A stretch of DNA of 64,000 nucleotides from an uncultured Thermodesulfatator sp. (GTDB lineage: Bacteria > Desulfobacterota > Dissulfuribacteria > Dissulfuribacterales > QOAL01). Position 1 is the first letter of the stretch. Every line of letters starts with the position of its first letter. Made by a program: the position numbers and the translations under genes. The DNA is taken from NCBI GenBank assembly GCA_964581255.1, contig CAZOMT010000034.1:3865-67864 (forward strand), read 5' to 3'. This document shows, piece by piece, positions 36,878 through 46,606 of this stretch. The notes beneath the pieces were generated by a model. That model searched no databases and was not told where the DNA came from. It worked only from the letters and a program-made list of their open reading frames with translations.

Positions 36878-37582
36878 ATGAAGGATGAGGAAATCATGCT
36901 CTGTCCTGAATGTGACCTATTGCTTGAAGCGAAAACGGTGCATGACGGAGAGAAACTGCTCTGCCCCAGGTGCAAGGCGGAACTCGATTCCCCCAAAAGC
37001 AATTCTGTGGAAAAGGTGCTGGCCCTCACATCGGCAGGCTTGCTCATGTACGCCCCGGCCATCTTCTTGCCACTTCTGACATTTGACGCAGCTGGCATTG
37101 AAAGCAGCGGCAGCATAGCCGACAGCTTCATGGCACTTATGGACACGGGCTTCTATTTCACAGGCATCATGGTGTTCCTTACAGCCATACTCATCCCCCT
37201 GGTTAAGCTGATAATGCTTTTTTCAGTAGCTGCCCTCGTATACACTGGCAGATCCACCAGAAAAACAGCCGTGATGTTTCGCTACTATCATCATCTCGAC
37301 GAGTGGGGCATGCTGGAAGTCTACATGATTGGAATATTGGTAACCATAATCAAGATGCTTCACATGGCCCACGTAAATTATGACGTGGGCTTCTATTGCT
37401 TTATTGGACTCCTGGCGGCAACGCTTGGTTCATCGGCCTTGCTGGACAAAAACCACTTTTGGAATGAAATAGATCGCCAGGCCTTGGAAATGGAAAGTAG
37501 CGGAAAAACGCTTCCTTGTTGCAGCGCTGCCGATAACCTTTCCCCAACCCCTGAATCTCGTGGGGCCAAAGGCAAGATATGA
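36878..37582 (+). CDS. PqiA/LetA-family membrane protein, first half-size module
   Basis: N-terminal zinc ribbon (CPECD...CPRC) followed by a 4-TM PqiA domain. 234 aa, about half the length of E. coli PqiA/LetA. Confidence 0.8.
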   Translation: MKDEEIMLCPECDLLLEAKTVHDGEKLLCPRCKAELDSPKSNSVEKVLALTSAGLLMYAPAIFLPLLTFDAAGIESSGSIADSFMALMDTGFYFTGIMVFLTAILIPLVKLIMLFSVAALVYTGRSTRKTAVMFRYYHHLDEWGMLEVYMIGILVTIIKMLHMAHVNYDVGFYCFIGLLAATLGSSALLDKNHFWNEIDRQALEMESSGKTLPCCSAADNLSPTPESRGAKGKI

Positions 37583-38283
37583 CCCATAATACAAACGACA
37601 TTTCTTGCACGACCCACACATCACAACCTCTCACAGGGAAGGAAGCAGGGCTTATGCTCTGCCACCATTGCCACAAGGTGATACCATGTCCTGAAGATGG
37701 CTCCAGCGCCTGCTGCCCCAGATGCTGTGCGCCCGTACACATGAGAAAACCAGACAGCACAAATTATACCTGGGCACTTGTAATCACATCCTTGATCCTT
37801 CTTTTCCCAGCCAACCTGCTGCCAATCATGAAGGTAGACTATCTGGGCTCCCAGGAATATTCCACCATACTCGACGGTATTATATATTTTTTCAAGGAAG
37901 GCTCTTACGGGATTGGCATAGTCATACTCACTGCAAGTGTCCTTGTGCCTGTTTTCAAGATAGCAGGCATCATTATGATCCTCATGTCCATCCATTACAG
38001 GTGGGAGACGTGGCTGAAACACAAGACCATAATGTTCAGATTCATCGAATTCATTGGAAGGTGGTCCATGCTCGACATCTTTGTGATAGCGTTGCTTACG
38101 GTGCTAGTGAATTTTGGCTTCTTTTCCACCATCTCAGCCGCATCAGCAGCCACCTATTTTTGCGGCGTGGTGATATCCACCATGCTCGCTGCAATAACCT
38201 TTGACACAAGACTTATCTGGGATGCTTGTATCCCGTCAGGAGAACAAGAGGTAAAAGAACAAGATGGAAAAACCGGTAACTAA
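37579..38283 (+). CDS. PqiA/LetA-family membrane protein, second half-size module
   Basis: Zinc ribbon (CHHCH...CCPRCC) plus a PqiA domain. Its ATG overlaps the stop of the previous gene (ATGA). Confidence 0.8.
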   Translation: MTHNTNDISCTTHTSQPLTGKEAGLMLCHHCHKVIPCPEDGSSACCPRCCAPVHMRKPDSTNYTWALVITSLILLFPANLLPIMKVDYLGSQEYSTILDGIIYFFKEGSYGIGIVILTASVLVPVFKIAGIIMILMSIHYRWETWLKHKTIMFRFIEFIGRWSMLDIFVIALLTVLVNFGFFSTISAASAATYFCGVVISTMLAAITFDTRLIWDACIPSGEQEVKEQDGKTGN

Positions 38284-40948
38284 AAAGAGAAAGGGCATCT
38301 CCCCTATATGGATATTGCCGGCAGTTGCGTTGGCTATTGGTCTTTGGCTTCTCTACAAGGGGATAACCGAAAGGCCTATAATGATTGTGGTGCATTTTCA
38401 CAGTGCAGAGGGCATAACTGCTGGCAAGACAAAGGTCATGTATAAAGGCCTTCCAATTGGCTACGTAAAGGAAATCACAGTGGACAAAGGGCTTGATTCT
38501 GTCTCAGTGGTGTTGGCAATGAGCCCGAAAACAGAGGAAGGACTTGTGCAGGACGTGAAATTTTGGATAGTCAGGCCTGAAATAACAGCAGGCAGGATAA
38601 GCGGCCTCGAAACCTTGCTCTCAGGCTCATATATCGCTGTTCAACCTGGCGTTTCCAAGGTGCCTTGCCGTGAATTTTATGGCCTCGACGAGGCTCCCCC
38701 TGTCCCTGATACTGCCCCAGGACTTCATTTCAAGCTTAAAACCGATGCACTGAATTCTATTCAAAGGGGCTCCTATATCTATTACAGGGACATTCCTGTT
38801 GGCTCTGTCCAGGATTACACCATGGAAGGTGATGGTGGCATAATCATCAATGCCTATATAGAACCCCAATACAAAAGCTTGGTAAAACCGGGGTCGAGAT
38901 TCTGGAACGCAAGCGGCATTACCCTTTCAGGCGGCCTGAGCGGCATCAAATTCCATATGGAATCCTTAAGCACCCTCATAAGCGGGGGCATCAGCTTTTA
39001 CACCCCAAAGGTTCTTATGGATGAGCCACCGGCAGAAGACGGCCATATATTCAAACTCTACAAGGATTACGAGGCGGCTGAATATGGCATAAAGGTAACT
39101 CTAAAGATGGAAACCGGCGAGGATATGGTAGAGGGCCTTACTAAGGTCATTTACAGAGGCCTGGAAGTGGGAAGGATAAAAAAGATCACCCTGAACCGAA
39201 ACGACAAAAAATATAAAGTCACTGCATACCTGCTCCTGGACCCTATGGCAGAGCCAATCCTAAAGACAGGCACCAAGTTCTGGGTAATAAGGCCCAAGGT
39301 AGGAGTGAGCGGCATCCAAAATCTTGGAGCCCTTGTATCTGGTCCTTATCTCACTTTTGTTCCTGGAGATGGCGAACCGTGTTACGAATTCGTGCTACAA
39401 GGAAGCCATTCAAAGGAAATCCTAAAAAGCGGCACCTTTTACAGGCTCGAGTCCACTGACCTCAATTCCATTGAACCAGGGGCCCCTATCCTTTTTAAAC
39501 ACATTCAAGTTGGTGAGGTGTCCAGCTACAAATTGAACCCTGACAATAGCGTTGATCTCGTATTCATAATCTACGACAGATACGTAAGGCTTATCAACAA
39601 AAGATGTGTCTTCTGGAATTACAGTGGAATGAATCTGAAGGTTACACCTGCTGAAGTTAACCTGAAAACAGATTCCATAAAGGCCATCCTGGCCGGAGGT
39701 ATCGCCTTCGATTATCCTCACCAACTTTATGGCAAGAAGCTCAAGCCAGCCAAGCCTGGGCACAGATTCAAGCTGTTCAAAAACTTCCAGGATGCCGTCA
39801 AACACGCCCCAGGCCTAAAACCAGCAGGTAAATTTGTGAAGCTGGAAACCAGCGGCCCTGTATCTGTATCCGAAGGCAGCCCTGTCTATTACAAGGAAAT
39901 CAAGGTGGGAGAGGTCACTGGTGTCTCCCTTGACGAAAAACATGACAGGATCATCGTGACAGCCTTTATAGAGAAGAAATATCTGAACCTCGTACACAGT
40001 ACCACCCGGTTCTACCTTGCGAGTGGTATACGTGTAAAAGGAAACATAAGAACTGGGATAGACATCCAAGCCTCACCTCTCGCCTCTATAATGATGGGGG
40101 CTATAGCCTTTATGAATCCTGAACAGGAAAAGCAAGGAAGCCCGATCAAGAGGGGACAGATGTTCAAGCTGTACAACAGTCTGGACGACGCCTTTGCAGC
40201 AGACTTTATCCAAGTGTCCCTGCATTTTCCCAGTGGCCAGCAGATAGATGTGAACACCAAGATCAAGCACCAGGGCGTTGAGATAGGCCATGTCAAAGAG
40301 GTGAGGTTTGAAAACGACATGGATTCCATCCTTGTTAAGGCACTTGTAAGGAAATCCGCCTCTTCTCTTTTCAACACTGGATCAAAGGTGTGGGTAGTCT
40401 ATCCAGAATTCAGCATTTCAGGCATCAGAAACCTCGAGACTGCTGTGACAGGGCCATATATAGCAGTGGAAGCGGGCATTGGAACACCCACCACAAATAT
40501 CAAGGCATTGGCTGCACCACCAGCTGTTCCGCTGGTAAAAACCGGGCTCAATGTGATTGCGGAAGCTTCCACGCTAGGCTCTCTGAAGAAGGGATGTCCT
40601 GTGTATTACCGCAGAGTCAAGGTTGGCAGGGTGACAGGATACGAACTTTCACCAGATGCAAGGTCCGTGTGGATCCACTTAAACATTGACCAATGCTACG
40701 CTCCCCTCGTAAGGACCACTACAAGATTCTGGAACGCCAGCGGCATAAGGGTTGATGCAGGACTGTTTTCTGGCATAGACGTAAAGACGGAAACCATTGA
40801 GGCAATATTGGCGGGAGGTATTGCCTTTGCCACTCCAGAAGGGGAAGAAATAGGCATTCCTGTCTCACAGGGCCACCATTTCAAACTCTATGAAAAGGCA
40901 GAAGACGAATGGCTGGAGTGGCAGCCGGCCATAGCGTTGAGGCAATGA
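38264..40948 (+). CDS. Seven-MCE-domain PqiB/LetB (YebT)-like intermembrane transport protein
   Basis: N-terminal TM (ISPIWILPAVALAIGLWLLY) and seven reiterated MCE modules, marked by GLPIGYVKEI, DIPVGSVQDY, GLEVGRIKKI, HIQVGEVSSY, EIKVGEVTGV, GVEIGHVKEV and RVKVGRVTGY. 894 aa. Confidence 0.85.
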   Translation: MEKPVTKKRKGISPIWILPAVALAIGLWLLYKGITERPIMIVVHFHSAEGITAGKTKVMYKGLPIGYVKEITVDKGLDSVSVVLAMSPKTEEGLVQDVKFWIVRPEITAGRISGLETLLSGSYIAVQPGVSKVPCREFYGLDEAPPVPDTAPGLHFKLKTDALNSIQRGSYIYYRDIPVGSVQDYTMEGDGGIIINAYIEPQYKSLVKPGSRFWNASGITLSGGLSGIKFHMESLSTLISGGISFYTPKVLMDEPPAEDGHIFKLYKDYEAAEYGIKVTLKMETGEDMVEGLTKVIYRGLEVGRIKKITLNRNDKKYKVTAYLLLDPMAEPILKTGTKFWVIRPKVGVSGIQNLGALVSGPYLTFVPGDGEPCYEFVLQGSHSKEILKSGTFYRLESTDLNSIEPGAPILFKHIQVGEVSSYKLNPDNSVDLVFIIYDRYVRLINKRCVFWNYSGMNLKVTPAEVNLKTDSIKAILAGGIAFDYPHQLYGKKLKPAKPGHRFKLFKNFQDAVKHAPGLKPAGKFVKLETSGPVSVSEGSPVYYKEIKVGEVTGVSLDEKHDRIIVTAFIEKKYLNLVHSTTRFYLASGIRVKGNIRTGIDIQASPLASIMMGAIAFMNPEQEKQGSPIKRGQMFKLYNSLDDAFAADFIQVSLHFPSGQQIDVNTKIKHQGVEIGHVKEVRFENDMDSILVKALVRKSASSLFNTGSKVWVVYPEFSISGIRNLETAVTGPYIAVEAGIGTPTTNIKALAAPPAVPLVKTGLNVIAEASTLGSLKKGCPVYYRRVKVGRVTGYELSPDARSVWIHLNIDQCYAPLVRTTTRFWNASGIRVDAGLFSGIDVKTETIEAILAGGIAFATPEGEEIGIPVSQGHHFKLYEKAEDEWLEWQPAIALRQ

Positions 40949-40980
40949 CTTTATAGGACAGATCAAGATTCGGTGTAAAG

Positions 40981-42273
40981 ATGCCCTTACCTAGCCGCCT
41001 GTCCAACTATTTGAAATTAAGGTACTTGCAACTATTCCTGGCCACAGCTGCAAGTACCATGATATTATGCTGCTGTTCAGGTTTTCATACAGTCCCTGTC
41101 CAACGGATCCAGTTCCAAAACGGTATCCAGACAAGGACCGATGGCAATGTAACAGTAAGCGCATCTGTACTCACTGAAGACGAGGCCAGACAAGTCTTTG
41201 GCACCCACCTTTCAGACAAAAAGATACAAGCTGTCTGGATAGAGGTAAGAAACCATTCAGACAAGGTGTTCTTTGTGCTGAAATCTGCGCTTGATCCTGA
41301 CTATTTCTCAGCCTATGAAGTCGCCTACATGCACCAAAGCATGTTCCATCCGTTTATCAATGAAGGGATAGTAAAAAGATTCAAGGATCTCGCCTTCAAA
41401 AATCCTGTTCCAGCACACAGCACAGTCAAGGGGTTTCTCTTCATTAACAGGGATGAATGCCAACGCAGGCTGGATCTGGAGCTAGCAACCTACGGCCAGA
41501 GGAGGCAATTTACCTTCTTTTTTAAGCTCCACATGGATGCTCCAACCCTGTTCGATGTTGAAAAACAGCACGCTAGTGAGGCAGTTAGAAACATCCTTAC
41601 AGAACAGGAACTGAGAAAGGGCTTGGAAGACCTGCCACCAACTACCACAGGATCCAAAGGCCGCGGAACCGGAGATCCAGTCAACCTGGTACTGGTGGGC
41701 AATGCAGAAACCCTGTTCCCAGCATTTGTGAAACGCCACTGGCACGTCACCGAAACCACAACAGCCCATTCCGTTTGGAAGATGCTGGATTCGTTTATCT
41801 TTGGAGCCACATACCTCCATTCACCTATCAGTCCCCTCTACCTCTTCAATAGAAGCCAAGATATAGCCCTTCAAAAGGCTAGAAAGACTATCAATCAGAG
41901 GAATCATTTGCGGCTATGGGTTAGCCCCATCAGGTACAGGGGCCAAACAGTCTGGGCTGGCACAATCAGCAGAGATGTGGGCGTAAGATTCACCTTCAAA
42001 TCTCCATTTTTGGTTACCCACAAGATAGACCCTGACATTGACGAAGTAAGGAATTCCTTTGGCACAGACATGCTCTTTTCGCAAAATATTGCAGCCGTTG
42101 CTTTCGTCAAAGGCGCTTGTGTTGGCACTGCCCAAAACCCCCTGCACAACCTGACAGGGGATATCTATTTCAGCGACGGGTTGAGACTTGTACTCTTCTT
42201 TAGCAAGAAACGGCATCCTTTTCACTCCACACGATTCCTGCAATGGGAACCCCCTGTAGGCAGGCATATGTAG
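40981..42273 (+). CDS. Lipoprotein with C-terminal LssY-like domain
   Basis: Lipobox-like MILCCCSG. The C-terminal region PVNLVLVG...LRLWVSPIRYRGQTVWAGTISRDVG resembles the LssY C-terminal family. It sits where PqiC normally lies. Confidence 0.55.
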   Translation: MPLPSRLSNYLKLRYLQLFLATAASTMILCCCSGFHTVPVQRIQFQNGIQTRTDGNVTVSASVLTEDEARQVFGTHLSDKKIQAVWIEVRNHSDKVFFVLKSALDPDYFSAYEVAYMHQSMFHPFINEGIVKRFKDLAFKNPVPAHSTVKGFLFINRDECQRRLDLELATYGQRRQFTFFFKLHMDAPTLFDVEKQHASEAVRNILTEQELRKGLEDLPPTTTGSKGRGTGDPVNLVLVGNAETLFPAFVKRHWHVTETTTAHSVWKMLDSFIFGATYLHSPISPLYLFNRSQDIALQKARKTINQRNHLRLWVSPIRYRGQTVWAGTISRDVGVRFTFKSPFLVTHKIDPDIDEVRNSFGTDMLFSQNIAAVAFVKGACVGTAQNPLHNLTGDIYFSDGLRLVLFFSKKRHPFHSTRFLQWEPPVGRHM

Positions 42274-42377
42274 CAGCCCCCACAATAACCCCCGTTCGTC
42301 CAAATCCCGAGGCCAGATGAAGGCCCTGTCTTTCAACGGTTATTTTTTTAACAACGCCTCGTTTTGAATCAAAATTC

Positions 42378-42956
42378 CTAATCCTTAGAGGCAACCCTGT
42401 GGGCAAGAATCAGTATGGCAAGAATCAGAAACGGCTCAAACCGGATAAGCATGCTGTTACAAAAATCCCACAAGAGTTGTACCCCCACAGAAGGGGTGGA
42501 AACCAGTTCCTTGCCGCCTATATTTATACGAAAAAATTGAAGCTGGTAGAGAAAACATGAATAGACGTAGAGAAGATGGCCCAACACAAGGGCAGCCAGC
42601 GCCTTACTCCAGGATTTCCAGGAGATGCGAAGAAGAAGGCTCGTGACAATAAGCATGGCCAGGGTGAGAGGCACATTGAAGGTATAACGATTATCATTGA
42701 GAATGAGGCCAGAATGGGCAGGATAGATTCCAGCTGGCGTAACTATCTGTCTTGTAAATATTGCCTTTGCGCCGCCCCCTTCGTACTGGCAGGAATCGAG
42801 CCTGGCATCGAGACTTAATGCGGCCAATCCAGCTCCGGCACAAGCCACTGGCCGAGTATAGTAATGTTTCAAGGTTATCCAACCAGCAAGCACTGGAAAA
42901 TATACCAGGCAAAATATGAGAACCGTCCTTGCTATGACCTTTATCTTATGGGGCAC
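42378..42956 (-). CDS. Polytopic membrane protein downstream of exosortase (possibly exosortase-associated)
   Basis: 192 aa with 4-5 hydrophobic segments. It overlaps the exosortase gene by 11 nt. The family was not recognised with certainty. Confidence 0.5.
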   Translation of the reverse strand: MPHKIKVIARTVLIFCLVYFPVLAGWITLKHYYTRPVACAGAGLAALSLDARLDSCQYEGGGAKAIFTRQIVTPAGIYPAHSGLILNDNRYTFNVPLTLAMLIVTSLLLRISWKSWSKALAALVLGHLLYVYSCFLYQLQFFRINIGGKELVSTPSVGVQLLWDFCNSMLIRFEPFLILAILILAHRVASKD

Positions 42957-43530
42957 GGGTTGTACCTTTCAACCACAGGACGAAAATTCCCAAGGCTATG
43001 GCTATCATCAAGCCCTGGGCGACATAATAATGGATGTATTCGAACCACTGGGGAATCTCGACAGCGGCTATACCCAAACCAACTATCCTCAAAACATTTA
43101 TTACCTGTAGACATACCAATCCATAAATGAGCCCTTTCAGCCGGTAGAGCCATGAAGATGGATACGCCAGGACGGCTGCACCATAGATCACCACCGCCTC
43201 GAGGCCATTACACCCAAAGGCTATGCGTAGGGTCCTTCCAGGAAGATGAACAAGGGCGCCTGAACTGCTAACGTTTAGGCCCACAAAGGAAAGAAGCTCT
43301 GCCGATATCCAGGCGGTAAAACTTGAATAGATTCCATTTAGATCAACATATCTCTGAAAATAGTGGAGGCCAAGAAAGACTTCCATGACACCAATGACAA
43401 CGAGATACAGGCATATAAACTTGACGACACCCTTTTTATTGAGCGCAGATGGTTCAGCCATGCTCAGTCCTCTGGTATTAAGATTCTTCCTCCATTGCCA
43501 GACCTCATACACAAATCCTTTCTCATCCAA
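42946..43530 (-). CDS. Short exosortase/archaeosortase-family protein
   Basis: A Cys/Arg/His signature in order: IAFGCNGLEAV (catalytic Cys context), INVLRIVGL (Arg), FEYIHYYVAQG (His). Multi-TM, 194 aa. Confidence 0.65.
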   Translation of the reverse strand: MDEKGFVYEVWQWRKNLNTRGLSMAEPSALNKKGVVKFICLYLVVIGVMEVFLGLHYFQRYVDLNGIYSSFTAWISAELLSFVGLNVSSSGALVHLPGRTLRIAFGCNGLEAVVIYGAAVLAYPSSWLYRLKGLIYGLVCLQVINVLRIVGLGIAAVEIPQWFEYIHYYVAQGLMIAIALGIFVLWLKGTTRAP

Positions 43531-43820
43531 AAAACTGAAAAAAACTTACTCGAATTGACGCAAACACTCAATTCTGTCTTTTGGGATTTAACGGGCCATC
43601 AGGATAAAACAGACCTTCATGATATCCTAGAATAAATAGCATTGGCACGTGGTGGGCCAGGGCTCAAAAAGGTTCTTCCGGCCCGCGAGTACCTGAGCCC
43701 AATCCCAAAGACCCCAGGCAAAACTTAAGGTCAATCACACATCTTCAGTCCTTAAAAGTGCTCCATGAAAGAGGCGGAACGCAGCCTTTATTCAGACGGT
43801 AAAAGAGGCTACAGCGATTT

Positions 43821-43979
43821 GGAAAAGGGGCAAGGGGGCCTGAAAGGACGTTGAAAACAGGAATCCACCCAAACAGCTTCCAAGGCCCGATTTTGCTGAA
43901 ACGCTCCAAAGTCGCTGGCTTGTGCGCGAAAAAAGAAGTTTCAGGCGCTTCGCTTCACCTAAGAATCTGTAACGGGCTC
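43821..43979. repeat. Copy B of the dispersed intergenic element
   Basis: Homologous to 448..596 in the same orientation. Hairpin at 43888..43914 (CGAUUUUG / CAAAGUCG). It ends at the hypB stop codon. Confidence 0.7.
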
Positions 43980-44688
43980 ATTTTTCTAATAATATCTTAT
44001 TGAGATATTCAAGCCACTCATCTACGCCTGTGCCAGTAGTAGCGGACAGGGTCAGGATTTTTATATCGGGGTTAAGCCTTTTTGCCTCAGAGCACGCCTC
44101 TTCTATGGAAAAATCAAAATAGGGGAGCAGATCCGTCTTTGATATTATGAAAAGATCAGATCCAATAAAGGCCCTGGGATACTTGGCAGGCTTGTCCGAG
44201 CCTTCAGGCACCGAAACCATAACCATCCTCTTGTGTTCGCCAAGATAAAAGGTAGCAGGGCAAACCAGGTTCCCGACGTTTTCTATGAAGACAAGATCAA
44301 GTTCATCTGGGCCCAAAAGATGTTCCAACTCATGTATGCCCTTGTGCACAAGAGCAGCATCCAAATGGCAAGCACCACCTGTAGTTATCTGAACGGCGGG
44401 AATCCCTTTGGCCCTTATCCTGTCTGCATCTCTTTGAGTCTCTATGTCGCCTTCAATCACTCCAAACCTTGTGGCTCTGGAAAGCCTTTCCGCAGTTGCT
44501 TCAAGAAGCGTTGTCTTTCCAGCCCCAGGGCTGCTTATCATGTTTATGGCAATGGCACCCATCTGTTCTATGTGATGCCGGTTTTTCTCTCCAAGTCGCT
44601 GGTTGGCATCGAGAAGGCTTTTGTTTATTTCTATGACCTTTTTCTCAGATGATGCCCCTCCTGCCTGACATCCACATTCATCACACAT
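43978..44688 (-). CDS. hypB: Hydrogenase nickel incorporation GTPase HypB
   Basis: MCDECGC N-terminus, P-loop SSPGAGKTT, 236 aa. Confidence 0.92.
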   Translation of the reverse strand: MCDECGCQAGGASSEKKVIEINKSLLDANQRLGEKNRHHIEQMGAIAINMISSPGAGKTTLLEATAERLSRATRFGVIEGDIETQRDADRIRAKGIPAVQITTGGACHLDAALVHKGIHELEHLLGPDELDLVFIENVGNLVCPATFYLGEHKRMVMVSVPEGSDKPAKYPRAFIGSDLFIISKTDLLPYFDFSIEEACSEAKRLNPDIKILTLSATTGTGVDEWLEYLNKILLEK

Positions 44689-44692
44689 AATG

Positions 44693-45079
44693 TCACTCCA
44701 TTTCTACCTGCATGAGCAGGATCTCATCTCCTCCTTCAGGGGCAAGCCCATGCCTTCCACACCCAGGGCATTTTGTGCTTGGAAGGGGGAATAAGGAGGA
44801 GATCTCACCATGTTCTTCTTCTAGTTCACTATAACCAAATTCCCCTTGGCAATACCTGCACTTAAAAGATGGCTCTGGTGCCTGAATTTCCAACAAGGCT
44901 TGTGAAAACAAGACGTCATCCTTCTTGAGCACATCGAATGCAAAAGAAAAGGAATCCAGCACAACTCCAGAAAAAGGGCCAATGAGCACCCTTATACAGG
45001 CAACACTGTCTGCATGATTTTCTTTTGCTATCTGCCGAACTTGTTCCAGCAGCCCCTGAACCAGGCTTACCTCATGCAT
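44693..45079 (-). CDS. hypA: Hydrogenase nickel insertion protein HypA
   Basis: MHEVSLVQGLLEQV N-terminus and zinc motifs CRYC...CPGC. The start is set at the ATG, since the track uses an upstream TTG. Confidence 0.88.
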   Translation of the reverse strand: MHEVSLVQGLLEQVRQIAKENHADSVACIRVLIGPFSGVVLDSFSFAFDVLKKDDVLFSQALLEIQAPEPSFKCRYCQGEFGYSELEEEHGEISSLFPLPSTKCPGCGRHGLAPEGGDEILLMQVEME

Positions 45080-45587
45080 TTTCCACAATATTATAGCCTT
45101 GGGCCTTCAACTCATTAACAGCCAAGTGAGCAACCTCTGCCACTTTGGGAGCAAGACATGGGCTAAGACTTGTGCCAGCCTCAATCTTCTCAGGCACCAC
45201 ACATAAAAATTCTATCCTTTCAGGAAGTGTCCCCCTGAACCGGCACACTTCGAGTATCTCCAAGACTCCTATCTGGTGGGGCGACATACTCAAGGCAGGC
45301 CCCTTACCCCTCATGCCTTCGTGGCTCAAGCACACGACAGTCCCAGGTTCACGATCCAAGGCAATAACGTCCACCACAATGGCGTGGTTTACGTCTTCAA
45401 AAACAGGGGCCATATAGATACCAGCCGTACCTCCATCCACCAGACCCACATCATCTGGAAAACAGAAACTCTTCTCCAGATACCTTATGACATGGACTCC
45501 AAAACCCTCGTCGCGCATGAGCAGGTTGCCGATGCCAATAATAGCAGCCCCCTTTTTCTCTGTTCCATTCATTTGTGACCTCAACAT
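45072..45587 (-). CDS. Hydrogenase maturation endopeptidase (HyaD/HybD family)
   Basis: IIGIGNLLMRDEGFGVHV...GGTAG...HQ motifs. Located within the hyp cluster. The start could instead be the internal ATG at 45572. Confidence 0.85.
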   Translation of the reverse strand: MLRSQMNGTEKKGAAIIGIGNLLMRDEGFGVHVIRYLEKSFCFPDDVGLVDGGTAGIYMAPVFEDVNHAIVVDVIALDREPGTVVCLSHEGMRGKGPALSMSPHQIGVLEILEVCRFRGTLPERIEFLCVVPEKIEAGTSLSPCLAPKVAEVAHLAVNELKAQGYNIVENA

Positions 45588-46606
45588 ATCCTTGGCAGTG
45601 GCTCTCCAGACAGCATCGAGACGATACGTTGGCCTCCAACACCAGTTTTAAGGGTTACAACTGGCCTTTGCGATACGTCTAAGGCCTTGATCCTGCCTAT
45701 CAAGGCTGCATGGGCGCCTATAGGCAATTCCTTCATGGCATCGATGACCTCTTGACTGTATCCGCTATCCACAACAGCCACACATTTCCCCTCGTTGGCC
45801 AGATATAAGGGGTCCAGGCCCAATAGCTCACATACACCTGAGACCTTCTTTCTTATGGGGATGGCACCCTCGTCGACCTCTATTCGCACATTGGAACTTT
45901 GAGCAATTTCATTAAGTACTGTGGCAAGTCCGCCCCTTGTGGGATCTCTGAAAAGACGCACCTTGTCAAAAGGACACTTTTCCAACACCGTGGCCACGAG
46001 ATCATAAAGGGGCGCAGAATCGCTATGGATCTCGGCGCCAAAAGAAAGATTTGACCGGCTCATCAATATGGCTGAGCCATGATCTCCAATAAAGCCGGAA
46101 ACAATCACTGCATCACCAGGATGCGCCCTGTGGGAACCAAGCTCCAAACCTTCTGGGATCAGCCCCACCCCAGCGGTATTTATGAAGATTTTGTCTGCCT
46201 TTCCACGGGGAACAACCTTGGTATCTGCCGCAACTACAGGTACTTGCGCCTCCTTACATGCCCTTGAAATGGAATCTGCTATCTGTTCCAGTTCTTGGAA
46301 TAATAGACCCTCCTCGAGGATGAGCCCAAGAGTCAGGGCCTTGGGCTTGGCCCCTTGCATTGCAAGATCATTCACAGTGCCATGGACGGCCAGGGAGCCG
46401 ATATCTCCACCAGGAAAAAAGACAGGGTCCACCACATAACTGTCTGTGGTAAAGGCGAGCCTGCCTCCTTCAATACCTATGACAGCACTGTCCTCCAACC
46501 TGTCAAGATACCTATTGGAAAGCCTTGCAAGAAAGACATCTTGGATGAGCTCCTTTGTGGCAAGGCCTCCACTTCCGTGATCAAGTGTAATCCTATTGTT
46601 CTTCAT
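45581..46606 (-). CDS. hypE: Hydrogenase maturation protein HypE
   Basis: ITLDHGSGG N-terminal motif and C-terminal PRIC. The start is ambiguous (46606, 46615 or 46645). Confidence 0.9.
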   Translation of the reverse strand: MKNNRITLDHGSGGLATKELIQDVFLARLSNRYLDRLEDSAVIGIEGGRLAFTTDSYVVDPVFFPGGDIGSLAVHGTVNDLAMQGAKPKALTLGLILEEGLLFQELEQIADSISRACKEAQVPVVAADTKVVPRGKADKIFINTAGVGLIPEGLELGSHRAHPGDAVIVSGFIGDHGSAILMSRSNLSFGAEIHSDSAPLYDLVATVLEKCPFDKVRLFRDPTRGGLATVLNEIAQSSNVRIEVDEGAIPIRKKVSGVCELLGLDPLYLANEGKCVAVVDSGYSQEVIDAMKELPIGAHAALIGRIKALDVSQRPVVTLKTGVGGQRIVSMLSGEPLPRIC

